64,000 nt of DNA from Mustelus asterias (lineage: Eukaryota): positions 248,001-312,000 of the forward strand of contig NW_027590156.1 of assembly GCF_964213995.1 (NCBI RefSeq), given 5' to 3'. The notes below the pieces were generated by a model. It did not search any database and was not told the origin of the DNA. It saw only the letters and a list, made by a program, of their open reading frames with translations. This document shows, one piece after another, positions 13,747-25,762 of the stretch; positions within the stretch are counted from its first letter, which is position 1, and every line of letters begins with the position of its first letter. The position numbers and the translations under genes are program-made.

Positions 13747-14382
13747 AGTGTATTCCGATGTGACTGGGCAGTCTGGATAACAATGGTTGCATAACGTTTT
13801 TCATCAATAAAAAAATCTGATTAAAAATAATGGCAGCCACAATTCCTTATTTGTTAACCAACAAAACAACAATCTTCCATCAGAATTTAATGTATGCACT
13901 TGAAACTGAATATATTAATCCGTCAAGCCTGTTTCGACAGCACCTTGCGAACCCGGAATCTCTTCCATCGAGAAGGATAAGAGGAACAGCTGCATGAGAA
14001 CACCATATTTTGCGGGCACCCCTTCAAACCGCACACCATCCTCATTTTGAACCATATCGCCGCTCCCTTGCGTCAAAATTCTGGAATTCATTTTCTGTTT
14101 ATGAGTACGGGCAGAGGACAACAAATTTAAAAAAGTATGGAAGGAGAATTGAAAGAAAGTGAGACATTACGAGTGCGAAATACACAACCAAATGATGCGA
14201 GAAGGACAGAAAGGAAGAGATTCAGAAACGACCCAGAATGCATTGTTCTTTCAAATTACTCATATTTCCCTAGCGTCTATTTATGTAGTTGAATTATTTG
14301 AAAACACGTCTCTCAATAAAAGACCGCCAGCGACGGTCCATCGACAACCTTGCACTTGCGGACAGTGTCACGTACCCTGAGT

Positions 14383-14399
14383 CACCATCAGAGGGCGTT
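14383..14399 (+). promoter_or_regulatory. CTCF-like motif in a CpG-rich patch between the V segments
   Basis: CACCATCAGAGGGCGTT; adjacent AP-1 (TGAGTCA 14378) and E-box (CACGTG 14405). Confidence 0.4.
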
Positions 14400-14547
14400 G
14401 TCGTCACGTGTTTCTCCCAACTTTAAATGATGGCGACAAAACCTATAGTACCATTCGCATACCGTTGCTGTTGGCAGTAACATCCGCAGTCCCATTTTTC
14501 TGCTCCCTCTCTCTCTGGTCCACCTCACGTGCCCCCCATTACGAAAT

Positions 14548-14835
14548 GGCCGGCACGCTGGCACAGTGGTTAACAGTCCTGCCTCATTGCAAAGGGGGCC
14601 CAGTTTCAATTCCGGCCTTGGGCAACTGTGTGAAGTTTTGACGTTCTTCCCGTGTCTGCGTGCGTTTCCTCCCACAGTCCAAAAATGTGCAAGTTAGGTG
14701 GATTAGTCATGCTAAATTAGGGGGAATAAGGTGAGTAAATACGTGGGCTTACGGGGATAGGGTCTTGGTGTGACTGTTGTCGGTGCAAGCTTAATGGGCC
14801 GAATGGCCTCCGTCGGCACTGTAGTGATTCTATGA
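14548..14835 (+). mobile_element. V-SINE (HE1-like, CR1-type tail)
   Basis: tRNA-like head GGCACGCTGGCACAGTGGTTA, V domain, tail GGGCCGAATGGCCTCC...GATTCTATGA. Confidence 0.8.
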
Positions 14836-16294
14836 AGAGACTTCTGTCGAATTACTTGTTTGGCACTGGTTGTATCAGAAATGCGGGCGGAGCTATGGGC
14901 GTTGTGCGGGCGTGAGTCTGCAGTTCCACTCCAGGAGAATATTTCCTGAACTGCAGCGTTACTGATTCGGGAGAAGGAAGCAGAAGGACAGCAGTCAATA
15001 TTTTTCACTTTTTCAATTAGCGTTTCCTTCCCAATTAAAAGTAAAGAACATGCTGTTATCGTGACTGTTGTAATTTAGGTATTGCTATTCGTCAAATGAT
15101 GACTACTCTTCTTTTAAAAATTATTAATTGGGCGTCAGTCACAAGACCAAGACTTTGTCGATCACTAATTGTCCTCGAAACGGCCTGGGCAATTTGAGAG
15201 TTAGTCATATGGTTGTTGATCTGCAGTTACACACAGACAAGGCCAGGCTAGGAAGGCAGATTTCCTTCCACAAAGTGCATTAGTGAACCAAGCGGATTTG
15301 CAGTGACAGCGTTCGCAACCATCAATGCGAGTAGCTTTCAATATCAATTAATCACATTTACATTGAACCAGCTGCTGGGGTAGAATTTTGACTGCTTTTA
15401 TCCAAAATCGAAGTTAAATGTAACCAGTTGATATGATGGGATTGAACTACTTTTCCCAAAGCATAATTCTGGGTCCCTGAACTACTTGTCCGTGACCCCA
15501 TGTTGATAATGATTAAGAAGAAAAAGCGGAAGTTCTTGAAGTTGACTCGTCCCAGTATATTATATGAGAATGGGGCCACAACTACAAAGTGCATCTTGTC
15601 GTCCCTGAGTGGACCTTTGAAAAGGAAGTGTCATAATTAGCTGCACCATGACAATTTGCTATCCTAACCCTACTGATTTCAGGCATGGTCAGGTTTCAGT
15701 ACAGCATCCACAGTACGCGTTTTACATTATCTCAGGAACAATAAACAGGCAACTAGAGCTCACTGATCGATTTCCCTGTTCCTTTAGTAAAACAAGGACG
15801 ATTACAAAGCCCATCCACCGATATCTGAACATTGGAACATAAAACTTAGGCTGCCTGCGAATCCGCTCGACCCTTCAGTCAGATTACAGTTCATCTGATC
15901 TTCCTTTTAAATCCACTTTACTGCATTGATCCTCATGAACCGTGACATAAATTTTAGTTAAAATGTTGGTTTCACTCAGCTTTAAACTTATTCTGTGACC
16001 CAAAGCCTCCACCGTTCTCTGGACTCTCACTGGAGTCACAGGCACGAATGCTCGGATGCTAAAGCTAAGAGAATGTGCACAGAACACTGATTGGAAATCC
16101 ACCAAATCCATCAACACTCCTTGCCCTTCCGTTCCAATAACAAAATGAAGGTCTTTTTCTTGATATCCCGTTTCCAAAGCGGAACAAATCGCCCAACAGG
16201 GACACCGCATAGATTACAAGTTGGAGAGCTTCCATTCACTGACAGTCCTCTTATCAACTACCAATCTCACGGTGGCACTGGTGAGACACGGAAT

Positions 16295-16334
16295 TGACGC
16301 ATGAGCATTCTGAGACACGTCATCAGATTATAAA
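16295..16334 (+). promoter_or_regulatory. V-segment promoter: CRE-like sites and TATA box
   Basis: TGACGCAT (16295), CACGTCATCA (16316), TATAAA (16329), 65 nt upstream of the leader ATG; CRE-like elements are typical of TCR V promoters. Confidence 0.55.
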
Positions 16335-16398
16335 GGGTGGGGATTAGAATGGGTTTCTTCAAATATCGGATTCCCCCTTTACAGAGCGGACAGAGACA

Positions 16399-16856
16399 AT
16401 GCGGGTACTCGGCATCTGGATTGTGTGGGGGGCATTTCTAACAGGTATTTCTGTACATCACGTATGTTTTCTCATTTCCAAAATTTGGGTTGAATCTTAC
16501 TGTTGAGTCACGTCACTCTATTCTTTATCTATTTGAACATATTTTCCAGATCTGACCCATGGAGATTCTGTCACTCAGTCGCTGTCCTCAGATGTTAAGA
16601 CAGAAGGAGACGCGGTGACATTAAACTGCAACTATGATACTGCAGAAACCTACTATTATTTATACTGGTATCGACAGCATCCAGACTCCCAGCCCGAGTA
16701 CATTCTGAGGAAATATTCGGAGGGTAATGAATATAAAGCAGATTTTGCTAAAATCCGTTTCTCGACTGATCTCCAGACCTCGAAGAAATCCATCAGTTTG
16801 ACTATCTCGGATCTGCAGTTGTCTGACGCGGCCGTGTATTACTGCGCTTTCAGACT
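16399..16856 (+). CDS. Intact T-cell receptor alpha/delta variable segment (leader exon 16399-16444, intron, V exon 16550-16856)
   Basis: Leader MRVLGIWIVWGAFLT, phase-1 GT..AG intron; V domain DLTHGDSVTQSLSSDVKTEGDAVTLNCNYDTAETYYYLYWYRQHPDSQPEYILRKYSEGNEYKADFAKIRFSTDLQTSKKSISLTISDLQLSDAAVYYCAFR with Cys, WYRQ and DxAxYYC; open frame. Confidence 0.93.
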
Positions 16857-16895
16857 CACAGTGATGGAAAGCAGCCTGACTCCTGTACAAAAACT
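16857..16895 (+). other. 23-bp recombination signal sequence
   Basis: CACAGTG + 23-nt spacer (ATGGAAAGCAGCCTGACTCCTGT) + ACAAAAACT. Confidence 0.96.
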
Positions 16896-17272
16896 GTCTC
16901 AGCAAGATAAGTTAGAGCTCCTCGCTGCTGTATAGAACTTCTGGCAGATGCAGCCACAATGAGCAGCGGCGCTGTCAGCCGCTCAAACATGCGCTGACAG
17001 GAAACCACATTCACCTCGGATCAACTGTCACCCAACTGGTTCCAGGAGAGGCTGAGAAAACAAACTGCAGAATCAATTAGGGCGACAGGTCCATCACATA
17101 GTCAATGCATCAATTAAATCGTCCCTTCTGCTACTAATCAGTTCTGTATTCCTCTATAATCAAATCTGGATTTTAAAATCAAGCCGAGAAATAGATTGCT
17201 AACACCAAATATCCGTCAAACCTCGCCGTGAAGCGTCACACAGACAGCAGGCGTACAGCTTACCATGTTTGT

Positions 17273-17357
17273 GGCTCGTTGGTCTGGGGTATGATTCTCG
17301 CTTGGGACAATTGCATTTAGATGCGATAGAACTTGGGTTCGTATCCTGGCCGAGCCT
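17273..17357 (+). tRNA. tRNA-Pro pseudogene with intron-like insert in the anticodon loop
   Basis: GGCTCGTTGGTCT-GGGGTATGATTCTCGCTTGGG[ACAATTGCATTTAGA]TGCGA...GGGTTCGTATCCTGGCCGAGCC; several stem mismatches; T6 terminator at 17365-17370. Confidence 0.75.
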
Positions 17358-17941
17358 AAAACACTTTTTTATGAATAGGATGGGAATCCCGGAAGGGTCG
17401 GGGGTTTAAGTTCAGTCGGGCAGCATGGTCGGTGCACGTTTGGAGGGCCAAAGGGCCTGTTCCTGTGCTGTAATTTTCTTTGTTCTTTGTTCCTCTGATT
17501 CCGAAGTCCCTATTAAATAGAAACATTCACAGTTTACAAATAAACAGAACAGAAACCTCCCTCGAAACACATCATGATATTCTCATTTTACAGGATATTG
17601 AAAGAGGAATTACAGGCTGAAATCTCAAATGTCACGTCTAGATCTGGCAGTCATATTCCTTGGGAGTGAAATATCATCGGCCTTTGAATCTTGAAGGGGA
17701 AATGTTTGTCCAGTCTGTCGATTTGAAAAAAAATTCAAACATCAGTGTGACTGGAACAGCACCAACACACTGCCACACTCGAGTGAGAGTGTTCCAATGC
17801 ACTGACTGAAGAGCTTTAACCAGTTACACAGCCTGAATAAATATCACACCATTCACAGTGAGGAGAGACCGTACTGGTGTTGTGCCTGGACGAGGTTTCA
17901 ACTGATTGTCCACCCAAGAGAGCGGCAAGGACACCTGCACC

Positions 17942-19344
17942 ATGGAGAAACCATGGAAATGTGCGGACTGTGGGAAGAGATACAGAGCCCCATCTCAGCT
18001 GGAAGCTCATCGGCGCAGTCACACTGGGGAGAGGCCATTCATCTGCTCTCAGTGTGGGGAGGGATTCGCTCTGTTATCCACGTTGCAGAAACACCAGCGA
18101 GTTCACACTGGAGAGAGACCGTTCACCTGCTCTCAGTGGTAACAAGTTCACTCGGTTATCCAATCTGCAGACACACCAGCGAGTTCACACTGGGGAGAGG
18201 CCATTCACCTGCTCTCAGTGTGGGAAGGGATTCAGTCAGTTTTCCAGCCTGCGGACACACCAGCGAGTTCACACCGGGGAGAGACCATTCACCTGCTCTC
18301 AGTGTGGGGAAGGATTCGCTCTGTTATCCACGTTGCAGAAACACCAGCGAGTTCACACTGGAGAAAGACCGTTCACCTGCTCTCAGTGTGGGAACAAGTT
18401 CACTCGGTTATCCAATCTGCAGTCACACCAGCGAGTTCACACTGGGGAGAGGCCATTTACCTGCTCTCAGTGTGGGAAGGGATTCAGTCAGTTTTCCAGC
18501 CTGCGGACACACCAGCGAGTTCACACCGGGGAGAGACCATTCACCTGCTGTCAGTGTGGGGAGGGATTCAGAGCTTCATCCAGCCTGCTGATACACCAGC
18601 GAGTTCACACTGGGGAGAGGCCCTTCACCTGCTCTCAGTGTGGGGAGGGATTCAGAGCTTCATCCAGCCTGCGGACACACCAGCAAGTTCACACTGGGGA
18701 GAGACCGTTCACCTGCTCTCAGTGTGGGAAGGGATTCACTCGGTCATCCAGCCTGCGGACACACCAGCGAATTCACACTGGGGAGAGGCCGTTCACCTGC
18801 TCTCAGTGTGGGAAGGAATTCATAACTTCATCCAACCTGCGGACACACCAACGAGTTCACACTGGGGAGAGGCCGTTCACCTGCTCTCAGTGTGGGAAGG
18901 AATTCATAACTTCATCCCACCTGTGGAGGCACCAGCGAGTTCACACTGGGGAGAGACCATTCACCTGCTCTGTGTGGGAAGCGGTTCAGTGATTCATCCA
19001 GCCAGCAGAAACACCAACAAGTTCACACTGGGGAGAAACCGTTCATCTGCTCTGTGTGTGGGAAGGGATTCTCTCGGTTATTCTGCCTGCAGACACACCA
19101 GGGAGTTCACACTGGGGAGAGACCGTTCAGCTGCTCTGTGTGTGAGAAGAGATTCAGTCTTTCATCTCAGCTGTTGGTACACCAGCGAGTTCACGAGTGG
19201 TTCCAGTGTTCGATTTTGCTGTTCTTGTTTCTGCTTTCAATTATATCGGTCAATGGGGAGAGTTGGAGGGTTTCTTTCTGCTGGACTGGCCGGTCTCACA
19301 ACTTTGCCTCCATTGGGCTGATGCTCTTTGAGTTTTGTTGCTAA
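17942..19344 (+). pseudogene. C2H2 poly-zinc-finger gene (~15 fingers) with two frameshifts
   Basis: MEKPWKC start; TGERPF linkers; frameshifts at ~18138 and ~18970; internal 3-finger duplication; splice acceptor TTTACAG at ~17593. Confidence 0.85.
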
Positions 19345-19547
19345 TACCTGGTTTCAGATTTCACAAGGATCACAGAGTGACGGTGTTAGGAAGTTCAGAG
19401 ATATTTAGTCAGCATTTCTGTTTGAAACCCCCCAAATGCCCATCCAATTTCCTTTGTAATTGTTTATTGTCTCCACTTCCTCCTCCCTCGTAGGCAGCGA
19501 GTTCCAGGTCATTACCATTCGCTGCATCAAAATATTCTTCCTCACAT

Positions 19548-19872
19548 GGGCAGCACGGTAGCACAGTGGTTAGCACTGCTGCTTCACAGCTCCAGGGACC
19601 TGGGTTCGATTCCCGGCTTGGGTCACTGTCTGTGTGGAGTTTGCACATTCTCCTCGTGTCTGTGTGGGTTTCCTCCGGATGCTCTGGTTTCCTCCCACAG
19701 TCCAAAGATGTGTGGGTTAGGCTGATTGGGCATGCTAAAAATTGCCCCTTAGAGTCCTGAGATGCGGAGGTTAGAGGGATTAGCGGGTAAATGTGTAGGG
19801 ATATGGGGGTAGGGCCTGGGTGGGATTGTGGTCGGTGCAGACTCGATGGGCCAAATGGCCTCTGATCCTATG
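19548..19872 (+). mobile_element. V-SINE (HE1-like, CR1-type tail)
   Basis: Full head, V domain and tail. Confidence 0.88.
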
Positions 19873-20378
19873 ATCCCACCCAAAACTTTAAATTTGCTTG
19901 TCATCCTTGTCCCATCAGCTAATAGGAACAGCTTTTCTTTGTCCACCTTATCTAAACCTGTCAGAATCTTGTCCACCTCTATCAAATCTCCCCTCAACCT
20001 CCTTTGCTCCAAGGGGAACAACCCCAGCCTGACATTGACAATAAAGATCAATCCAACAGAATATGTTACCTTCTGAAATCAAATGGAATGTTCAATTTCT
20101 GTTTTAAAGGTACTGTGAATATATTGTCCTGGATAATAACGGAATTGGAATAACTAACCTTGGGTGTGGTTGAATGGAATATATCAATCTGGAACCCACT
20201 TACAGACTAGTGAAAGTCTGGAATGTGTCGCTGGAAATCCCTCCGGAACAGCACTTTGGGTCACCTATACCTCAGGCATTGCAGTAGTTCAAGAAGGCAG
20301 TGTTGGGGTTGACATATTCTGTTATAATTGATGGACTGTAGTTTGAATGTGAGGCATTATAGGACTGGACTATGGAGT

Positions 20379-21622
20379 CATAGAGGTTTACAGCATGGAA
20401 ATAGGCCCATCAGCCCAACTTGTCCATGCTGCCCTTTTTTTAAAACCCCTTAGCTAATCCCAATTGCCCGCATTTGGCCCATATCCCTCTATACCCATCT
20501 TATCCATGTAACTATCTAAAAGCTTTTTAAAAGACAAAATTGTACCCGCCTCTCCTACTACCTCTGGCACTTGGTCCAGACACTCACCACCCTCTGTGTG
20601 AAAAAATTGCCCCTTTCGACACTTTTGTATCTCTCCCCTCTCACCTTAAACCTATGCCTTCTAGTTTTAGACTCCCCTACTTTTGGGAAAAGATATTGAC
20701 TATCTACCTGATCTATGCCCCTCATTATTTTATAGACCTCTATAAGGTCACCCCTCAGCCTCCTGCGCTCCAGAGAAAAAAGTCCCAGTCTATCCAGCCT
20801 CTCCTTATAACTCAAACCATCCAGTCCCAGTAGCATCCTAGTAAATCTTTTCTGCACTATTTCTAGTTTAATAATACCCTTTCTATAATAGGATGACCAG
20901 AACTGCACGCAGTATTCCACGTGTGGCCTTACCAATGTCTTGTACAACTTCAACAAGACATCCCAACTCCTGTATTCAATGTTCTGACCGATGAAACCAA
21001 GCATGCCGAATGCCTTCTTCACCATTCTGTCCACCTGTGACTCCACTTTCAAGGAGCTATGAACCTGTACCCCTAGATCTCTGTTCTGTAACTCTCCCCA
21101 ACACCCTACCATTAACTGAGTAAGTCCTGCCCTGGTTCGATCGCCCAAAATGTATCACCTCGCATTTATCTGAATTAAACTCCATCTGCCATTCGTCAGC
21201 CCACTGGCCCAATTGATCAAGATCCCGTTGCAATCAGAGATAACTTTCTTCACTGTCCACTATGCCACCAATCTTGGTGTCATCTGCAAACTTACTAACC
21301 GTGCCTCCTATATTCTCATCCAAATCATTAATATAAATGACAAATAACAGTGGACCCAGCACTGATCCCTGAGGCACACTGCTGGTCACAGGCCTCCAGT
21401 TTGAAAAACAACCCTCTACAACCACCCTCTGGCTTCTGTCAAGAAGCCAATTTTGTATCCATTTAGATACCTCACCCTGGATCCCGTGAGATTTTAACCT
21501 TATGCAACAACCTACCATGCGGTACTTTGTCAGAGATCTTGCTAAAGTTCATGTTGACAACATCAACTGCACTGCCCTCATCTATCTTCTTAGTTACCCC
21601 TTCAAAAAACTCAATCAAATTT
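20379..21622 (-). mobile_element. 5'-truncated CR1 LINE
   Basis: [17 protein letters not shown] (21234-21518) and C-terminus LVRPHVEYCVQFWS (20558-21148). Confidence 0.9.
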
Positions 21623-22260
21623 GACCACAGCTCAGTTTCTGCAATCATGGACCATTAAAGCTGCTTAGCAGTGCCCTGACAGAGGACCTGGTGAGAATAT
21701 TTCCTCATTGAGTTAGAATTAAACTTATTCCAGGACTGGCTGGTGTTCAGTGGCTGAGATACCCAAATCTGTGAAAAGGGGGTCCGACCAATCAACAAAC
21801 AGTGGTAGGTAGTTGATTAAGAAGTTAAGAAGCGTTCTCAGGCATTGTTTAAATTATTTTATCATAAATTTGTGATGAGAACTGTGAGGGGCTATGACCC
21901 AATAGTCACTGAAGTGACGGTATACTCCAAGTAGCACTGGACTGAAAAGCGAGAGTAGATTCTAATGAATGGTTATAATCCTACCCTAGCATGGCCAGTG
22001 AAAAATCAGAGCTTGAGTGATCAAGAATAATAATGTGATAAGGTGCGAAGGAATAAGATCTCACCGTGTAAAAATCAAGTTGGGATGACATTTGTATCAC
22101 ATAGGAGTCAATGAATGGAATACATTGGGTATTGCACATTCCCTAGCCTGGCCCGATTGAACACATGAATGGGCTATTGAAACAACAAATCAAGCTTGAC
22201 CACACACTCAAAGAGTGGCAAAGGCCTTACATAATTTGAATAATAGGCCACAAAAAGGAG

Positions 22261-22579
22261 GGGTGGCACGGCAGCACAGTGGTTAGCACTGCAGCCTCAC
22301 AGCACCAGGGACCTGGATTTGACTCCTGGCTTGTGTCACCGTCTGTGTGGAGTTTGCACATTCTCCCCGTGTCTGCGTGGGTTTCATCCAAGTGCACCGG
22401 TTTCCTTCCACACTCCAAAGATGTGGGTTAGGTTGATTGGCCATGATAAATTGCCCTTTAGTGTCAGGGTGTTATAGGGTAAATAAGTATGGTTATGGGG
22501 GTAGGGCCTGGGTGGGATTGTGGTCGGTGCAGATTGGATGGGCCGAATGGCCTCCTTCTGCACTGTAGGGATTCTATGA
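22261..22579 (+). mobile_element. V-SINE (CR1-type tail)
   Basis: Head, V domain, tail GGGATTCTATGA. Confidence 0.85.
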
Positions 22580-23035
22580 ACCCTCTTGAGTAAGATGATA
22601 AAACAACCTGTCCCTTCAATTCTTCCTCCAGACAGGGAATATGACACACCTGTATGTAAGGGTGGCAAGGTGTGGGTACATATCTCAAACCAAACCCCAC
22701 AGAAAAGGGGAAATAATTGCTGCTGGACATGCTTGGCTTGTATCTCCTAAACTGCGTTCACTCCCGATGCATGGGGGATGGAAGGCATCCAGTAAAATAT
22801 GCACTCAAAACAAATGTACTTGTGCAGAAGGACAGAAATATTATTTGTATAACATCACTGTCCAGGCATCCGTGCTCAATGTGGCGGATTGTAGCCAATG
22901 GCCTTTTGTGGTGGTATGTCCTCTCCATAACTCCTCATACATGAAGCTTGTACCTTACAGCTGAGTCATGGCCAATGTCAATAGGAATTATCGCCAGTTA
23001 ATGATACTATTATGCATGAATTTGGACAAGTTTGG

Positions 23036-23285
23036 TGGGGAGGCGATGGCCTCGTGATATTATCGCTAGATTACTAATTCAGAACTCAGCTAATGTTCTG
23101 GGGACCCAGGTTCAAATCCCACCACAGCAGATGGTGAAATTTAATGAAAAAGATCTGGAAATAAGAATCTACTGATGACCATGAAACCATGGTCGATTGT
23201 CAGAAAAAAACCCATCTGATTCACAATGTCCTTTCAGGAAGTAAATCTGCCATCCTTAACTGGTCTGGCCCACATGTGACTCCAC
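23036..23285 (+). mobile_element. SacSINE/DeuSINE-like tRNA-derived SINE
   Basis: GGGGAGGCGATGGCCTCGTG...GGGGACCCAGGTTCAAATCCCACCAC...GACCATGAAACC...CCCATCTG...AATCTGCCATCCTTA; homologues at 31886-32226, 34360-34600, 59328-59682, 63858-64000. Confidence 0.7.
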
Positions 23286-24276
23286 GAATAATTTTTTAAA
23301 AACTATGTCTGCATTACCAGCACTCTCAATGTACATCTGAATGCCAGATAGCTTGAACCCCCTGTAAACCAATGTTGGAAAGATGCATGGGACATATTTG
23401 ATGTACATACTAATAGAACATATTATTTGATATAGACACACCCACGGTATTGTGCATCTGCCTTCAATTGAACTTGATAAATTATGCAGGTTTATTGAAC
23501 AAAATACTCAAGTTTCTGCACACCTAAGTCAAGACAGGCAACATCTTCTTAGGCAGAGTGTGGAAATGACCTGTGCTTAAGGCAAACTTCACCAAACATC
23601 GGATGAACTTAATTGCCTCAGTTTTCACCTTTGGTGGGGTGTTTTTAATGGATGGTCATCCAAAGCATCCGCTGTTTTTACTTTAATGTTACATCCTGTT
23701 GTCATACTGCGTCTTTGTACCCTTTTGTTCATTTTAATTGTCTTGTGGTGCAGAGTGCGTGCATTGTTCACACAGGTCATTGCTGTGAAGGAACTTATAC
23801 AGGTACAGATGGGATTGCTGCGTTGACTGCTGAATCTCAGGATGTAATGTATAGAAAGTAAAGAGTTAAGATATTCACCAGTCAACTCAGCATTTATTCA
23901 TGCTGTGAGAACCTAAAGAAGCAGCTGCGCTACAGTCACAAGCTGACCTTCCAGTGCTGTATTTGTATATTGTTTCCCAAGCCTGGGAATTGACCAAATC
24001 TCCTGTCAGGTTGTTTGTGCCACACTGTAAAACACGGGGGGCGGGGCTTCGACCCGGGTACGTTGGTAGTCACCTTGGACCGGGATCACGAATGTTGCCA
24101 GGACCTCTCGAGCTCCAGACCAGCTGTCGTCAGAAGGGTCCCTGACAGGCAGAAGGCAGTGAGACTCATTGTTTTAATTTCTCTCGTATTATTTACTCTT
24201 TTTTGAATAAACCATTATAATAGTTGAGAGATTATAATTCTGGTCTGTCTCTTATTTAACATTCACGTGGATCATT

Positions 24277-24672
24277 GGTGGCACGGTGGCACAGCAGTTA
24301 GCTGCCTCACAGCGCCAGGGACCTGAGTTTGATTCCCAGCTTGGGTCACTGTCTGTGTTCTCCCCGTGTCTGTGTGGGTTTCCTCCAGGTGCTCCAGTTA
24401 CCTACCACAGTCTGAAAGACGTGCTGGTTCGGTGCATTGGCAATGCCAAATTCTCCCTCAGTGTCACCGAACAGGTGCAGGAGTGTGGCGACTAGGGGAT
24501 TTTCACAGTGACTTCATTGCAGTGTTAATGTAAACCTACTTGTGACACTAACCGGAGGAAGCCCATGCAGACATGGGGAGAACATGCAAACTCCATCCAG
24601 ACAATCACCCAAGGCTGGAATTGAACTCGGCTCCCTGGAGCTGTGAGACAGCAGTGCGAACCACCATGTCAG
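24277..24672. mobile_element. Two abutting V-SINEs in opposite orientation (+ 24277-24551; - 24552-24672)
   Basis: Type-B tailed copy fused to the reverse complement of a second SINE head. Confidence 0.75.
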
Positions 24673-25204
24673 CCCATGTTTGCGACCAGGTGTCCCTGGA
24701 AAGGAAGCATGTGGTGACGACCAACACAAGGTCTTCAGTGGGCACTGTGGGGGCTGGAGAGCTTCATTCCTCCCCAGAACCACATCATAGTTTTACATTT
24801 GTAACTTTTCATTCAGGGTTTAGTTTGTGGCTGTCCCTTTAAAGGATTCTCCGCCCCCCCCCCCCCCCCCCCCCCGCCTTCCCATTCATTTAATTTGATA
24901 ATTTGATCCAAATTTCGATGTTAAAGAGTACAGAAGGGGAATTCATTATTGACCCCAAATCACAGAGAATATGGAACTTGGTCCATGGTGAGTGGTTGAG
25001 GTGAACAGCATGAATACATTGAAATGAAAGTTAGATCCACACATGAGGGACACAGTAACAGAAGGATATGCTGATAGGGAGGAGATGCAGTGGGGTAGGT
25101 GGAGGCTGATGTGGAGCAAATTACTGACAGACCGATTGAGCCGGCTGGCCCGGCCCTGTGCTGGAGAGTCAATGGAACAGAGACTCATGTATTTATCTGA
25201 GATC

Positions 25205-25762
25205 TGACTGCAGGATCGATCAAACAAACTCAGACCAGTCTTAAGGATCATGGTGTTGTGATCTCAGTGAAAACAGTATGGAGCAGACACAACATCTCAG
25301 TTACAATGAATATTCACCTTCTGAAAGCCCTTGTGTGGCCGGTGACAATGTGTGTCCGTGAAAGCTGGACCATCAATAAGAGTGACGAGGCTCCAATAAA
25401 AGTGTTTGAAATGAAAGGACTCGGACGGATATTCTGTGTGTCACGGACGGCAAAGTGGATGAATGAGTGGGTGCTGGAGAAAGCTGGTGTTCACCGGAAC
25501 CTGTCTGAGGCTCTGACATCCCGGAAGCTCACCTATTTTAGACGTGTTGTGAATAGAGAGGGAGTGTTTGGAAAAAGAGGTAATGTGAGACAGAACACCT
25601 GGAAAATGTGTGCAAGGAAGGCCCGAGATGGGTGGATAATATCAGAATGTGGACCGGCCTCTCGATGGGACAGGCAGTGAGAGCAGCTGAGAAATCAGGG
25701 GAGAAAGATTGTTCAGAGCGCGGCCAACCCTCAGAACGAGGACGGATAAACGACAAGATACC
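25205..25762 (+). mobile_element. RTE-clade LINE 3' fragment
   Basis: LLKALVWPVTMCVRESWTINKSDEAPIKVFEMKGLGRIFCVSRT (RTE RT C-terminus); 3' end GCCAACCCTCAGAACGAGGACGG. Confidence 0.8.

Larger units (their letters stand above)
21623..24261 (+). mobile_element. Decayed endogenous retrovirus remnant (integrase, possible env, 3' LTR), interrupted by SINEs
   Basis: 22123-22197 reads HWVLHIP*PGPIEHMNGLLKQQIKL (retroviral integrase ...HIPYHPQAAGLIERxNGLLK type); LTR-like end with AATAAA at ~24207 and terminal ...TTTAACA at 24261. Confidence 0.55.

Noticed and set aside
11483-16856. NAR-TCR supporting V-delta or IgNAR V identity
   Set aside because: Both segments have their own leader exon; the intact V has no CDR1 cysteine, and the apparent extra Cys in the pseudogene arises from a frameshift.
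16951-16975. CTCF motif downstream of the intact V RSS
   Set aside because: Only a weak partial match (GAGCAGCGGCGCT).
17942-19200. 84-bp periodic repeats as a CRISPR-like array
   Set aside because: They are C2H2 finger codons (28 aa); eukaryotic context, no cas genes.
17953-19321. Long alternative-frame ORFs over ZNF arrays (17953-18591, 18218-19321, 40256-40819 etc.)
   Set aside because: Shadow frames of the repetitive finger code.
19562-19568. CACAGTG heptamers in V-SINE heads as RSSs
   Set aside because: Part of the SINE A-box region; no nonamer at 12 or 23 nt.
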